From positions 1-64,000 of the forward strand of contig CAVWIG010000018.1 of NCBI GenBank assembly GCA_963754945.1: a stretch of 64,000 nt of DNA, in the 5' to 3' direction. Position 1 is the first letter of the stretch. Every line of letters begins with the position of its first letter. The notes beneath the pieces are model-generated. The model had not been told where the DNA came from and made no database searches. It worked only from the letters and a program-made list of their open reading frames with translations. Position numbers and translations under genes: made by a program. The stretch comes from Methanotrichaceae archaeon. Its GTDB lineage: Archaea > Halobacteriota > Methanosarcinia > Methanotrichales > Methanotrichaceae. Below are positions 10,186-19,830 of the stretch, piece after piece.

Positions 10186-10896
10186 TTAGACGCACGGCAG
10201 CCAATCAACGCTGATGGCACCGCAGGTGCTGTTGCCCCAAAGCTGGATGAACTTCTCGATAGAGAAGACACCAGTCAGGTCCTCAACGCTCCTGCCCCAC
10301 TCGTTGTGGCGTCCCTTGACGTTTACGCCTGGATCCCTGGAGATCCAACCGATATGAGCAACGCCGATCACGTTAGAGTTGAGGTTAGCCTCGAGGACTC
10401 CTGTGCAACAGTTGCTTACGCAGTTGTTGTTGTACAGCCTGGTCTTAACCTCGGTGTTCTTCTGCAGGTGCTCTGCGTGGGTGTACATCTCAGTCAGGAC
10501 AGCTCCGATAGCGTAGTTCTGAACACACAACTTCTCGATCCACTTCTGATCGTATGTTCCGGTCTGATAGCTCACGGGCATGTACTCAAACTCAGCTTCC
10601 TTTGTGAAGTTGATATAATCCCTGGGGCATGAGCCTGTCGGATATATGCAGTTGCCGGGTACACCGATCTGCCTCTCAGCCTCGAGCTCAGTCCTCTCGG
10701 TAATTACGTTACCGGATCCGGACTCTTTCTCCACCAGCTTGGCTCCAGCAAAGCCTTCCTGGGTCGAAACGATCATCTCTACGTTCTTGTATCCGACGCC
10801 CTTCACTGATGCCTTCTCGTACATGTAGTTGGCTGCACCGGCCATGCCTACAAGGGCTATCGCAATAATTGCCAAAACAACTAGTTCTTTTCTCAT
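10186..10896 (-). CDS. Secreted Cys-containing beta-rich protein, paralog B2
   Basis: Protein differs from B1 only at residue 9 (V/A) in the signal peptide. Confidence 0.88.
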   Translation of the reverse strand: MRKELVVLAIIAIALVGMAGAANYMYEKASVKGVGYKNVEMIVSTQEGFAGAKLVEKESGSGNVITERTELEAERQIGVPGNCIYPTGSCPRDYINFTKEAEFEYMPVSYQTGTYDQKWIEKLCVQNYAIGAVLTEMYTHAEHLQKNTEVKTRLYNNNCVSNCCTGVLEANLNSNVIGVAHIGWISRDPGVNVKGRHNEWGRSVEDLTGVFSIEKFIQLWGNSTCGAISVDWLPCV

Positions 10897-11160
10897 TTCG
10901 TTCCCACCTCCTTAATCTATACCCTCATGTTAGGATCAAGCCATCATGAGACGGCACTCGTGATCCTCATGCCACCACTCCACCAGGATAGTCCTCCGGA
11001 TTTGAACCCGGCGGTGCATCACCGAAGAGATGGTGATGCTGCAATTGCCTTAATCAGCTATGCCTTCATGCAACAGCGGAGGCAATTAAGCCACCCTAAG
11101 CGGTGTAGTGTACCTGAACACATGATTCACGGCTAATATTTGAGCATTTTGCTCAGGCAC
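10897..11160 (-). promoter_or_regulatory. Long structured 5' leader of paralog B2
   Basis: TATA box TTTATATG at ~11183-11190 (minus). Hairpins GCATCACC/GGTGATGC (11016-11039) and AATTGCCT/AGGCAATT (11043-11087), plus stems homologous to the B1 leader. Confidence 0.6.
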
Positions 11161-12020
11161 TGAACCTTCAGAGGTTTAATAGCATATAAACGTATCGAGC
11201 TGAAATGGTGCAATTTCATTGCCAATATAATGTACAATAAGCGAATTATTTCTTTCTAAATCAAATATTATGAGAGATTATAGCCACAAATATATCAATA
11301 TGCGGGATTAGTTTCATTTGGAGATCTCATTAACGTATTCTAAAATCATTTCAGATCAAATCGCAAAATGTAAATTAATCAAAAGCAGCGATAGACGGGA
11401 TTCACTCAGCAATTTTGAAATAAAAATCGCTTTGATCTGCTGTGACGATTTCAAAACACGAAGAGAAATCAAACCTAAGAAGCACGCAAACTTAAGAAGC
11501 ACGTAATCCAAATACGATTTTGATGCGTAATAATCAGCTGCAATTTTATACTATACATCATTGCATAGATCTCCTGCAGGACTGTCACGTGGACTCCTAT
11601 AATACATGCCATTGATATGTTAGTAATTTTCTTGAAACTCGCCGGCTGCCCCATGGCCGCAAATTGCCTCCTAATACCAGATATGTAAATAGATATTGCC
11701 CAAACATAACTTGACTCGAGTTAGCTAGAATTGGGATGAGACTTTGAATCTATCAGTTTTTCACGGACTTATAACCCAAAGTATCTCTTGGATCTGTCTT
11801 TTGTTGTTCCCTCTCCGGGTGTGACCTTGAAGCGGGTCTTACTAAGAACTCCGAGTGGGCTATTCGTTCGCTGTCAAACGGAACATTTTGAGGTTATATT
11901 AATTAGTGCGGGGTAAAAGTGCTTCGCGCGCGAAGTGATTGCGGATGACTCGGAGCTGAAGGATGTTCGTGGTGTCGCAAACCTTTTCTTGCTAATAACA
12001 GGCGACTGCATGACTGAAAT

Positions 12021-13193
12021 TCAAGGACTGGAGTGATCACGCCCCAGATGCACTGGTTTCCTGGGAGGGTTACAAGCGACACCATAATCATGCTGATGCA
12101 ACGGACTCTCAGTGGAAATCTCGATAAATATGTTCCCTCCAAAGCTGTCTTTTATTATGGTCATCCTTTTCACTTCGCTTTCAACGAGGTATTCGAATGT
12201 GTTTGTGTAGTAGCTTGCAGCGAATGGCTCAAGTCCTCAGGCTTCAGCCCAAGTGAGACAGGGAACCGAACTGGAGTTTCATGTTCTGCGTCCGGATGAC
12301 CGGGACGTAGCCTTCGAAACAGAGGTACTCGTTGCCGTTGATTATATAGGTGGGCGTACCTCTTGAATGTCCTCAAGGTATACAGGGTTCAAATACGGGG
12401 GACTCAAAGACCATGGTGTATTGGATGATGTCGTTTGCCTTTGGTTTTGGGTCAACGTCAAAGGAGACCTGAAATGAATCGTGAGTATGTTTCTCCTCAG
12501 TAGACGTGATGCTTGAATGGCTTAGTTTCGTATTCAATTTTGTATGACCATGTAAAAGCGTTAGGCTCTGCCTTCAATTTGGTTGACACATTGGCGTTAT
12601 CGCGCATCTAATCGGGTTCTTTAAATAGTCCTGTGAATTTCAATTTTCGCGTTGTAATACTTCCATGTGAATGAACCAGAATGGTCAATCGAAGAGGCTT
12701 CTCCAAGACTCCGCGATAACATTCGAAGGTGCCATTTGTACCAGCTGTAATTCATGCAGTTGGACGACTTCCATTTTCATACCATGAATCGACGCAATAG
12801 CAAGTTGCAGGACTCTAGCGAAAAAGCAATTCACGATTCGAACCTACAATCGGTGCAATAGTTGCCGGGGAAGCCGGACAACGCTTCTACCCCGTTCTCT
12901 ATGAAAAGAAGAATTGGCTTATTGCATCCGAAGCCATTGATATCTCTTGCTCCACTGCCTTCGGTATCGTAAAAACACCGCCTTTCACTTCTCCACAATG
13001 TGTGGCAATTGCCACAAGTGCATCAGAGTCACCAATCAGTTCGCGAGCTTTTCTGGCGGTGTTGGCGTATGCCTATCAACATTGACCCAGCTTATATCAA
13101 CGCCACCGCAGATGCTAGCAAAGAAGTCCACAACGTCTTTGTCTTCACCGTGAAATGAAAACGATAGAAAACCAGGATATGCATTGATTTCAT
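12021..13193 (-). pseudogene. Multiply frameshifted gene with an N-terminal TIR-like / nucleoside-deoxyribosyltransferase-like domain
   Basis: Stitching minus-strand frames gives ..GFLSFSFHGEDKDVVDFF..TPPEK/ARELIGDSDALVAIAT..PKAVEQEISMA/FGCNKPILLFIENGV.. and ends ..ESPLHQHDYGVACNPPRK..stop at 12021. Confidence 0.65.
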
Positions 13194-13296
13194 GAGTGAA
13201 CCTTCTATATGCTTGCTTTTAGGATTGCCCATTCTATTTAATACTCATAACCTATAATTTTATCAGCCTATCGCTTTTGCTTACTTGATATTATTA

Positions 13297-13371
13297 TGCT
13301 CCGGCCGGGATTTGAACCCGAGTCTTCGGCTCGAAAGGCCGGAATGATTGGCCGGACTACACTACCGGAGC
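13297..13371 (-). tRNA. tRNA-Glu(TTC)
   Basis: GCTCCGG/CCGGAGC acceptor stem, anticodon loop CT-TTC-GA, T-arm GGTTCAAATCC; CCA not encoded. Confidence 0.95.
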
Positions 13372-13501
13372 ACCTGTTTCCTAGAAAGGACAATCTGCTG
13401 CCACAAGGGCCAAAGTTCCGTTAAGAGCCAATGGCCAACAAGTTTCAGCAAGCGGGTTTCTGTTATCTGATATATATGTATGCTTTGCCATAGGTATAAG
13501 A

Positions 13502-13577
13502 TGGTAGTCCCGGGCGGATTCGAACCACCGTCGCAGGCTCCAAAGGCCTTCAGGATTGACCACTACCCCACGGGACT
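13502..13577 (-). tRNA. tRNA-Gln(TTG)
   Basis: AGTCCCG/CGGGACT acceptor stem, anticodon loop CT-TTG-GA, GGTTCGAATCC T-arm, encoded CCA. Confidence 0.95.
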
Positions 13578-13902
13578 TCTACTATCTATCTTATTTACAC
13601 CAAAGATATGCTATCCCATGACATATAACATGGCATATATATGGTCTTTCCACGATAGCATGAAATTGAAGACAATGAACCTAGGAGGCTTGAAGCCCAC
13701 TTCTGCTTGGTTAGACTCTGGAGTATTGAATCATCACCGGATATTACACGCCTACTAGGGTGGGATAGTACATCAGGATCAAGCCATTGATATCGCCTCC
13801 GTGATTGCTACAAGATGGGAGAGAAGGCCCAAATCCTAGACAAGGATTTTATAGGCCTATGACCTGAAGTGAAGAGTCACGTTCACATGTGAGGAGTAAA
13901 AA

Positions 13903-14304
13903 ATGGATTTTAGAGTAGTAATTTCGGATCCGAAGAACGGCAAAGCGTACCAGGTCGAGCTTAAGGACCCAGGAGCAAACAGGTTCCTAGGACACCGCAT
14001 CGGCGATAAGATAGAGGGTGGGGTCCTGGGGTTGCCCGGGTACTCGGTAGTGGTTACCGGTGGAAGCGATCGCGAGGGTTTCCCCATGCGAAGAGATCTT
14101 CCTGGAAGCAAACGCCGAAGACTATTGATAGCGAGTGGGATAGGTTATCATGCCACGACAGAGGGCAAAAAGAGGCGCAAGAGCATCCACGGAAGAGACA
14201 TTTCCGCTGATGTTGGGCAGATCAACGTCAAGATTGTGGAGCCAGGTTCCAAGCCAGTAGAAGAGCTTCTGGGTGTCGCGACCAAGGAAGAGAAGACAGC
14301 TTGA
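13903..14304 (+). CDS. rps6e: 30S ribosomal protein S6e
   Basis: FRVVISDPKNGKAYQ, TGGSDREGFPMR and KKRRKSIHG motifs. Confidence 0.96.
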   Translation: MDFRVVISDPKNGKAYQVELKDPGANRFLGHRIGDKIEGGVLGLPGYSVVVTGGSDREGFPMRRDLPGSKRRRLLIASGIGYHATTEGKKRRKSIHGRDISADVGQINVKIVEPGSKPVEELLGVATKEEKTA

Positions 14305-14389
14305 TTAGACGATGCTGATCAGAGTCGTGCCCCTATTTTTGCCGCCTCTGACTTGCTCATAATTCCCAGGGCGACCCAACGACTCAATT

Positions 14390-15547
14390 TCAGCTTCGGA
14401 TCTTACCTAAAAGGTCGTGCAATGCGCTAAAGGCCGAGGGGATTTGGCCGCGCATTATGGATTTCATCTGATCTGAGTCTAGAGCACCAAAGAGAGCGTC
14501 CAGCAACCTGTCGCTGCGCATGACTGCATCAACCATTCGTCTTATCTGCACTGATCGCTCAAGCTCCCTGCCAAATTCACTGTTGACGCGCAGCCTGTAA
14601 CTATCAAGAGTTGTCTGGCCTTTTATAAACCCGGCTGCAACCTCGCCGGCGATCTTTCCTGCCACCATTGCAAAGGGAATCCCACCGCCGCTAGTGGCCA
14701 TAACCTGGCCCGCAGCGTCTCCAGCTAAAAGCACATTGCCTATCTGGATCGAATCAGGCATCCCGCCAGCAGGAACACTTCCACGCATGACAGCAAGGGT
14801 CTCTCCACATTCCAGCTTAGGTCCTGCCACGGGATGTTTTTTTACGAAATTTTCTAGCACATCCGGTAGCTTGGCCCCTCCGAGGTACGATGACCTGACG
14901 CCCACACCAACGTTGGCTGTGTCTGATCCCATCGGAATAATCCAGGCGTAGCCACCGGGCGCGTACCGCAACCCAAAGTACATCTCAGCAGCATCGGGAT
15001 CGATCTCTACATCCGCCATCTCGTACTCCATGCAGATTCCTTGATCCCTCTGTTGGAAGCCTATCGACCTGGCGATGCTTGAGTGGGGGCCGTCGGCACC
15101 AATAACCACATCGGGTGTTATCGATCCTCGGAATCGGCCGGACAGGACGAGGTTCGGCTGTAAAAAAAGCGCCCTGGTGGCGGGAAGAACCCTTGCCCCC
15201 GCCCGAGCCGCCCGCAGGGCAAGGTGCCTATCGAAGGATCTGCGGTCAACAACTCGGCCATCGACTGCGAACTCCTTCCAGGCCCCAGAAGGGGCGTACA
15301 ACCTTTGCAGCCTGGTCCTATGAAGGATGCATCGTTCCGGCAACTCCTCAAGCGTTCGAGGAAGCCTGGCACACGGCATCAGCCCCCTCAGCTCGTGAGC
15401 CTCGGGAAGAAATCCGCCACACTGGACTGGCGTGCCAATCTCCGCCTTTCTATCGATCAGGACTACCTCAACGCCTGCGGTAGCCGCAGTCTCGGCTGCT
15501 GTAGAGCCAGCCGGTCCGGCTCCCACCACTGCGACCTCCGCCTTCAT
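14390..15547 (-). CDS. Geranylgeranyl reductase family flavoprotein (DGGR-like)
   Basis: VVGAGPAGS FAD motif, PVQCGG, APGGYAWIIP and AGDAAGQV. Confidence 0.88.
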   Translation of the reverse strand: MKAEVAVVGAGPAGSTAAETAATAGVEVVLIDRKAEIGTPVQCGGFLPEAHELRGLMPCARLPRTLEELPERCILHRTRLQRLYAPSGAWKEFAVDGRVVDRRSFDRHLALRAARAGARVLPATRALFLQPNLVLSGRFRGSITPDVVIGADGPHSSIARSIGFQQRDQGICMEYEMADVEIDPDAAEMYFGLRYAPGGYAWIIPMGSDTANVGVGVRSSYLGGAKLPDVLENFVKKHPVAGPKLECGETLAVMRGSVPAGGMPDSIQIGNVLLAGDAAGQVMATSGGGIPFAMVAGKIAGEVAAGFIKGQTTLDSYRLRVNSEFGRELERSVQIRRMVDAVMRSDRLLDALFGALDSDQMKSIMRGQIPSAFSALHDLLGKIRS

Positions 15548-17448
15548 GATCTTGATGGAGACGCGCTAAGCCCAAACTCGATCAGGGCGGCCTCTATCTC
15601 CTCGTAGGATATGAAAAGTTCATCCTTCAGCCGGTCGATCTGTGCGACTTTTGGTTCTGCAGAAAGCCAGATCTGGTGAAGATCTCCTCGAACCATCTTG
15701 ACGCAAGCCAGCATGTCTGCCTGTGAAAACCTGTAAACGATATGTCTACCCGTAGGCGTGTACCATCTGACGTGCACCGATTTTAGTCGCTCAACATAAT
15801 TGTCCCAGTCTAGCTCGCCGGAAATTTGAGCTCCGTCAGTCCTTATCGGTTGGAGATCAATCGAGAGGTTCAGGTGAGCCCTATCTCCGGAGATACTCTG
15901 ATCTATTTTTGCCATGACATCGCGATAAAGGGCACTGTTCTTATTCACGTGGAGGCTCTGGCCTGTGAATAACCTGTCCTCAACCTCGGGGAAGAAAGGT
16001 GCCAGCCTTATCGGCTCAGTCGGTGGTGTGGCTAATGATACTCCTACGAAGAAAATGACACTCAGTGTCAGACCTACCAGGACACCGTGCTCAGTGAGAA
16101 AAGGCGAGACTGTGTCCAGTGATTGGTGGAGCCAGAATATCTCGTAGAGGATGAGGGCGATCTGAGTGCCGCCTCCGACGATCAAGGCCGCAAGTGCCCC
16201 CCACTTGGTGGCGCGCCTCCAGTAGAGCCCGCCGATTATTGGGAAGAAGTATGATGTAGTGCCTATGACCGTGGCAATTATCACTGCCTCCATAATGCTG
16301 TCCAGGTTCAGTGCTATAGATGCGGATAATGCAATCATGACCACTATCAGGGCCCTGTTTATGGTCAACATCTCTTTCATTGTGGCCCCGGGCTTGATGT
16401 GCCTCTGTATCAGGTCCCTGGAGATGCAAGAAGCTCCCGACGTGGCAAACGTTGATGTGCAGGACATGCACGCAGCGAGGAACCCAACGGTGAGCAGGGC
16501 CAAGAGCAACGGTGAGACGTTATCGCTGATGAACTTCGGGTAGAGCATCTCAGCCGCCACCTCGCTAGTTGGCATCGGATACAGAGCGCTTAGCCCTAGG
16601 GCCGTCAAGAAGCAGCACAAATAAATCAGTGCCATTAGTCCGGCACCCAAGATCAGGCCTCGCCTGGCTGATTTTTCGTCGCGAGCCGCCCAGATCTTCT
16701 GCCAAGGGTCCTGCTCCGCAACCCAGCCAGGCAAAAGGGCCATTTGAAACACCAACGCACCCATGATCCCGCCCATGACAAAGGGGTTCCACCAATCCGG
16801 TCCTCTAGCAATCGCTGTAGCTGTGATTGATAGGCCTTCCCGCACGGGCAGCAGCAGAGCCATTACGGCGACTGACACCGCCAGGCCCGCTAACAGTGCG
16901 TACTTAGGCAAGTCGGCCCAGACCACAGCGCGAAAGCCTCCAACGCTTACGTAAACTGCCACCGAAACAGCCATTATCAGGATAGCATAGAGCGGCTTGA
17001 TCCCAAAGAAAGTGCCCAGGACCAGTTTGAACCCTATGAAGTCTGTGACCGAGAAGAGCACCATCATGATTGTGATGGCCACTGCGACTGGCGCTCTTAT
17101 CATGGGGTCGTACCTGATCTCCATGAGCTCGGGCTGAGTCAGCGCAGGGATTTTCTTGATTCTTCCTGAGATGGCCGCAATTATCAGCAGCGCAGCAATG
17201 TTGGGAAAGACCCAAACCCATATTGAGCCTACTCCGATGAGAAGAAATAAGCCGGTAGCCAGCAGCAATGCGCTCGCGTTGATCCAAGAGGCTGCCGTGG
17301 ACAAGCCTATGATTCCAGCACCTAACTCCCTACCAGCAAGCCAAAAATCAGTGACCGATCTCTGCCTACGCGATGTAAGAAGGCTGATGCCTATAAGCAT
17401 CGATATGAACAGCGCAAGAATTACAAGGAATATATGATAAGGCTCCAT
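15544..17448 (-). CDS. Sodium:solute symporter (SSS) family transporter with a soluble C-terminal extension
   Basis: DFWLAGREL, YVSVGGFRAVVWAD, GLYWRRATKWGA and VSLATPP; many TM segments; ATGA overlap with the reductase gene. Confidence 0.9.
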   Translation of the reverse strand: MEPYHIFLVILALFISMLIGISLLTSRRQRSVTDFWLAGRELGAGIIGLSTAASWINASALLLATGLFLLIGVGSIWVWVFPNIAALLIIAAISGRIKKIPALTQPELMEIRYDPMIRAPVAVAITIMMVLFSVTDFIGFKLVLGTFFGIKPLYAILIMAVSVAVYVSVGGFRAVVWADLPKYALLAGLAVSVAVMALLLPVREGLSITATAIARGPDWWNPFVMGGIMGALVFQMALLPGWVAEQDPWQKIWAARDEKSARRGLILGAGLMALIYLCCFLTALGLSALYPMPTSEVAAEMLYPKFISDNVSPLLLALLTVGFLAACMSCTSTFATSGASCISRDLIQRHIKPGATMKEMLTINRALIVVMIALSASIALNLDSIMEAVIIATVIGTTSYFFPIIGGLYWRRATKWGALAALIVGGGTQIALILYEIFWLHQSLDTVSPFLTEHGVLVGLTLSVIFFVGVSLATPPTEPIRLAPFFPEVEDRLFTGQSLHVNKNSALYRDVMAKIDQSISGDRAHLNLSIDLQPIRTDGAQISGELDWDNYVERLKSVHVRWYTPTGRHIVYRFSQADMLACVKMVRGDLHQIWLSAEPKVAQIDRLKDELFISYEEIEAALIEFGLSASPSRS

Positions 17449-17629
17449 CTGATCACCTCAGGCGGCAATGATCTAGGGGTATTTAACACATCGGACAGCC
17501 CGGCTTAATCGAGAAACAAATTGATTTGATTTAGATCAACTTTTTCTTCTTCTTCCAAAATTTAGAAAGTAGCGAAATGATCATCAAATACTTAAATAAA
17601 AAATGCACTGGCTCTACAGAGGTTGTTTG

Positions 17630-19276
17630 ATGAGAAGCGACATTACCAAAGTGGGCGTAGAGCGCGCGCCCCACAGGGCTCTTTTCAAGGCCACCGGCCT
17701 AACGGATGAGGAGATAAAGCGCCCCTTCGTGGGAGTCGTGAACTCCTGGAACGAGTTCATACCTGGCCACATCCACCTTGACAGGATCGGACAAGCGGTC
17801 AAAGCCGGCATAAGATCAGCGGGCGGAGTGCCCTTCGAGTTCCAGACCATAGGGGTATGCGACGGAATAGCCATGGGCCACGCCGGCATGAGGTACTCGT
17901 TGCCCAGCCGAGAGCTGATTGAGGATTCTATAGAGATCATGGTCCAGGCCCACCAGCTCGACGGCATGGTCATGATCCCATCCTGCGACAAGATAGCCCC
18001 TGGGCACCTCATGGCCGCTGGAAGGCTCGATATTCCGACAGTTGTTGTTACCGGAGGGCCCATGCTGCCCGGTTACGCGTGCGACAGGGACCTGGATCTA
18101 ATCAACGTCTTCGAGGGCTGGCAGTCGGGAGGCGAAGCCCTGGCCGTCCTTGAGGAGATGTCCTGCCCAGGTGCTGGCTCCTGCGCTGGTCTCTTCACCG
18201 CGAATACCATGGCCTGTCTGACCGAAGCCCTGGGCCTGAGCCTTCCCGGATGCGCAACGACTCACGCCGTGGATTCGCGAAAGATAAGGATAGCCAAGAG
18301 ATCCGGTTCCAAGGTCATGGAGATGATAGAATCTGGTCTAACCGCCCGGCAGATTGTAACCGACAAGGCAATAGAGAACGCAATACGCGTCGACATGGCC
18401 ATTGGAGGCTCTACGAATACCGTGCTCCACATGCCGGCCATAGCCTCCGAGTTTGGACTGAACCTCGATCTCGAGATGTTCGACAAGATGAGCAGGGAGA
18501 CGCCTCACCTTGTCAACCTCCGGCCAGGCGGCCCCCATCACATGATAGATCTGGACAGGGCGGGAGGTATACCCGCGATCCTAAGCAGACTGAAGTCAAA
18601 GTTGAACCTGGACGCGATGACGGTGACTGGCCGTACTCTAGGCCAGGAGATTGCTGAGTTCCACCCAATCAACCCAGAGACTAATGCCAAGGTCATCGCC
18701 ACTCTCGATTCGCCGGTGCACCAAGAGGGCGGAATAGCCATCCTATGGGGAAGCCTGGCACCAGAGGGAGCCGTGGTAAAGCAGACCGCGGTTTCGACGT
18801 CAATGCTAAGACACACCGGTCCTGCTGTTATCTACGACTCAGAAGAGGAGTCCATGAAAGGGATCGTCAACGGTGAGGTGAAGGCCGGTGATGTGGTGAT
18901 AATCAGGTACGAAGGTCCAAAAGGCGGTCCCGGCATGAGGGAGACTCTCGCGCCGACGTCGGCCATAGCCGGTGCAGGACTGAGCGAGTCTGTGGCCCTA
19001 ATCACAGACGGACGATTCAGTGGCGGAACGCGCGGCCCGTGTATCGGCCATGTCTCGCCTGAAGCGGCGGTAGGTGGGCCGATTGCCCTGGTCCGAACAG
19101 GAGATAAAATCAGGATAGATATTCCAGGACGGAAGGTCGATCTTCTAGTGGACTCGGCGGAGCTCAAAGAGAGGCGGAAATCCTGGAAGCAACCAAGGCC
19201 AAAGTTCACCGGAGGAGTCCTCGCCAGGTACATGAACTCCGTAACCTCGGCCAGCAAGGGCGGAGTGCTCAGATGA
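17630..19276 (+). CDS. ilvD: Dihydroxy-acid dehydratase
   Basis: [40 protein letters not shown] and TDGRFSGG motifs. Confidence 0.97.
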   Translation: MRSDITKVGVERAPHRALFKATGLTDEEIKRPFVGVVNSWNEFIPGHIHLDRIGQAVKAGIRSAGGVPFEFQTIGVCDGIAMGHAGMRYSLPSRELIEDSIEIMVQAHQLDGMVMIPSCDKIAPGHLMAAGRLDIPTVVVTGGPMLPGYACDRDLDLINVFEGWQSGGEALAVLEEMSCPGAGSCAGLFTANTMACLTEALGLSLPGCATTHAVDSRKIRIAKRSGSKVMEMIESGLTARQIVTDKAIENAIRVDMAIGGSTNTVLHMPAIASEFGLNLDLEMFDKMSRETPHLVNLRPGGPHHMIDLDRAGGIPAILSRLKSKLNLDAMTVTGRTLGQEIAEFHPINPETNAKVIATLDSPVHQEGGIAILWGSLAPEGAVVKQTAVSTSMLRHTGPAVIYDSEEESMKGIVNGEVKAGDVVIIRYEGPKGGPGMRETLAPTSAIAGAGLSESVALITDGRFSGGTRGPCIGHVSPEAAVGGPIALVRTGDKIRIDIPGRKVDLLVDSAELKERRKSWKQPRPKFTGGVLARYMNSVTSASKGGVLR

Positions 19277-19830
19277 ATGGATTGAGGTGTTTCGTGGCCG
19301 TCGAGCTGCCGGAGAGCATGCGCGATGAGATCGGACGTATTGAGGAAGGGCTACGGATGCCCGGACTGCGATTGGTCAAGCCCGATCTCTGTCACATAAC
19401 ACTGAAGTTCCTGGGGGATGTACCATTGCAGAAGATAGAGAAGATCTGTGAGACGCTTCGCTTGGTTCGGGTCGATCCCTTCAACGTCGTGGTCCGCGGA
19501 ATGGGAGCCTTTCCCGGGAGATCAATCAGAGTGGTCTGGCTGGGCTTGGAAGGTGACTTCTCAGATCTTTTTCGCCAGATAGAGGATTCCCTGAACGACT
19601 TAGGGTTCGAACGGGAGAGACGAAAGTTCAGTCCTCATGTCACCCTGGGGAGGGTAGGAAGTCCGTCCCAGGAGTTGTCTGGTCAGATCGCGACCAGGAT
19701 AGAGAAGTTATCCAAAGTCGATTTGGGAAGCTTCTCTGTAGACCGTTTTTTCTTGAAGAAGAGCACTCTGACTAGGGAGGGTCCCATCTACGAAGACCTT
19801 GCCAAATTCCTTCTGCAACATTCTGGATGA
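19273..19830 (+). CDS. thpR: RNA 2',3'-cyclic phosphodiesterase (2H family)
   Basis: Two HxT motifs: HITLKFLG and PHVTLGR. Confidence 0.92.
   Translation: MNGLRCFVAVELPESMRDEIGRIEEGLRMPGLRLVKPDLCHITLKFLGDVPLQKIEKICETLRLVRVDPFNVVVRGMGAFPGRSIRVVWLGLEGDFSDLFRQIEDSLNDLGFERERRKFSPHVTLGRVGSPSQELSGQIATRIEKLSKVDLGSFSVDRFFLKKSTLTREGPIYEDLAKFLLQHSG

Noticed and set aside
10998-11010. 13-nt match (GGATTTGAACCCG) to the tRNA-Glu T-arm in direct orientation, suggesting an att site bounding an island at 11.0-13.3 kb
   Set aside because: It lies inside the B2 leader, whose promoter (homologous to the B1 promoter) would fall within the supposed island. The match does not extend to the acceptor end, and no integrase is present.
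12383-12400. T-loop-like GGGTTCAAATAC sequence
   Set aside because: There is no cloverleaf around it; it is antisense to the SPYLNP codons of the pseudogene.
11903-13153. Short ORFs 11903..12142, 12033..12299, 12170..12376 and 12947..13153 as independent small genes
   Set aside because: They are better explained as off-frame or antisense pieces of one frameshifted pseudogene.
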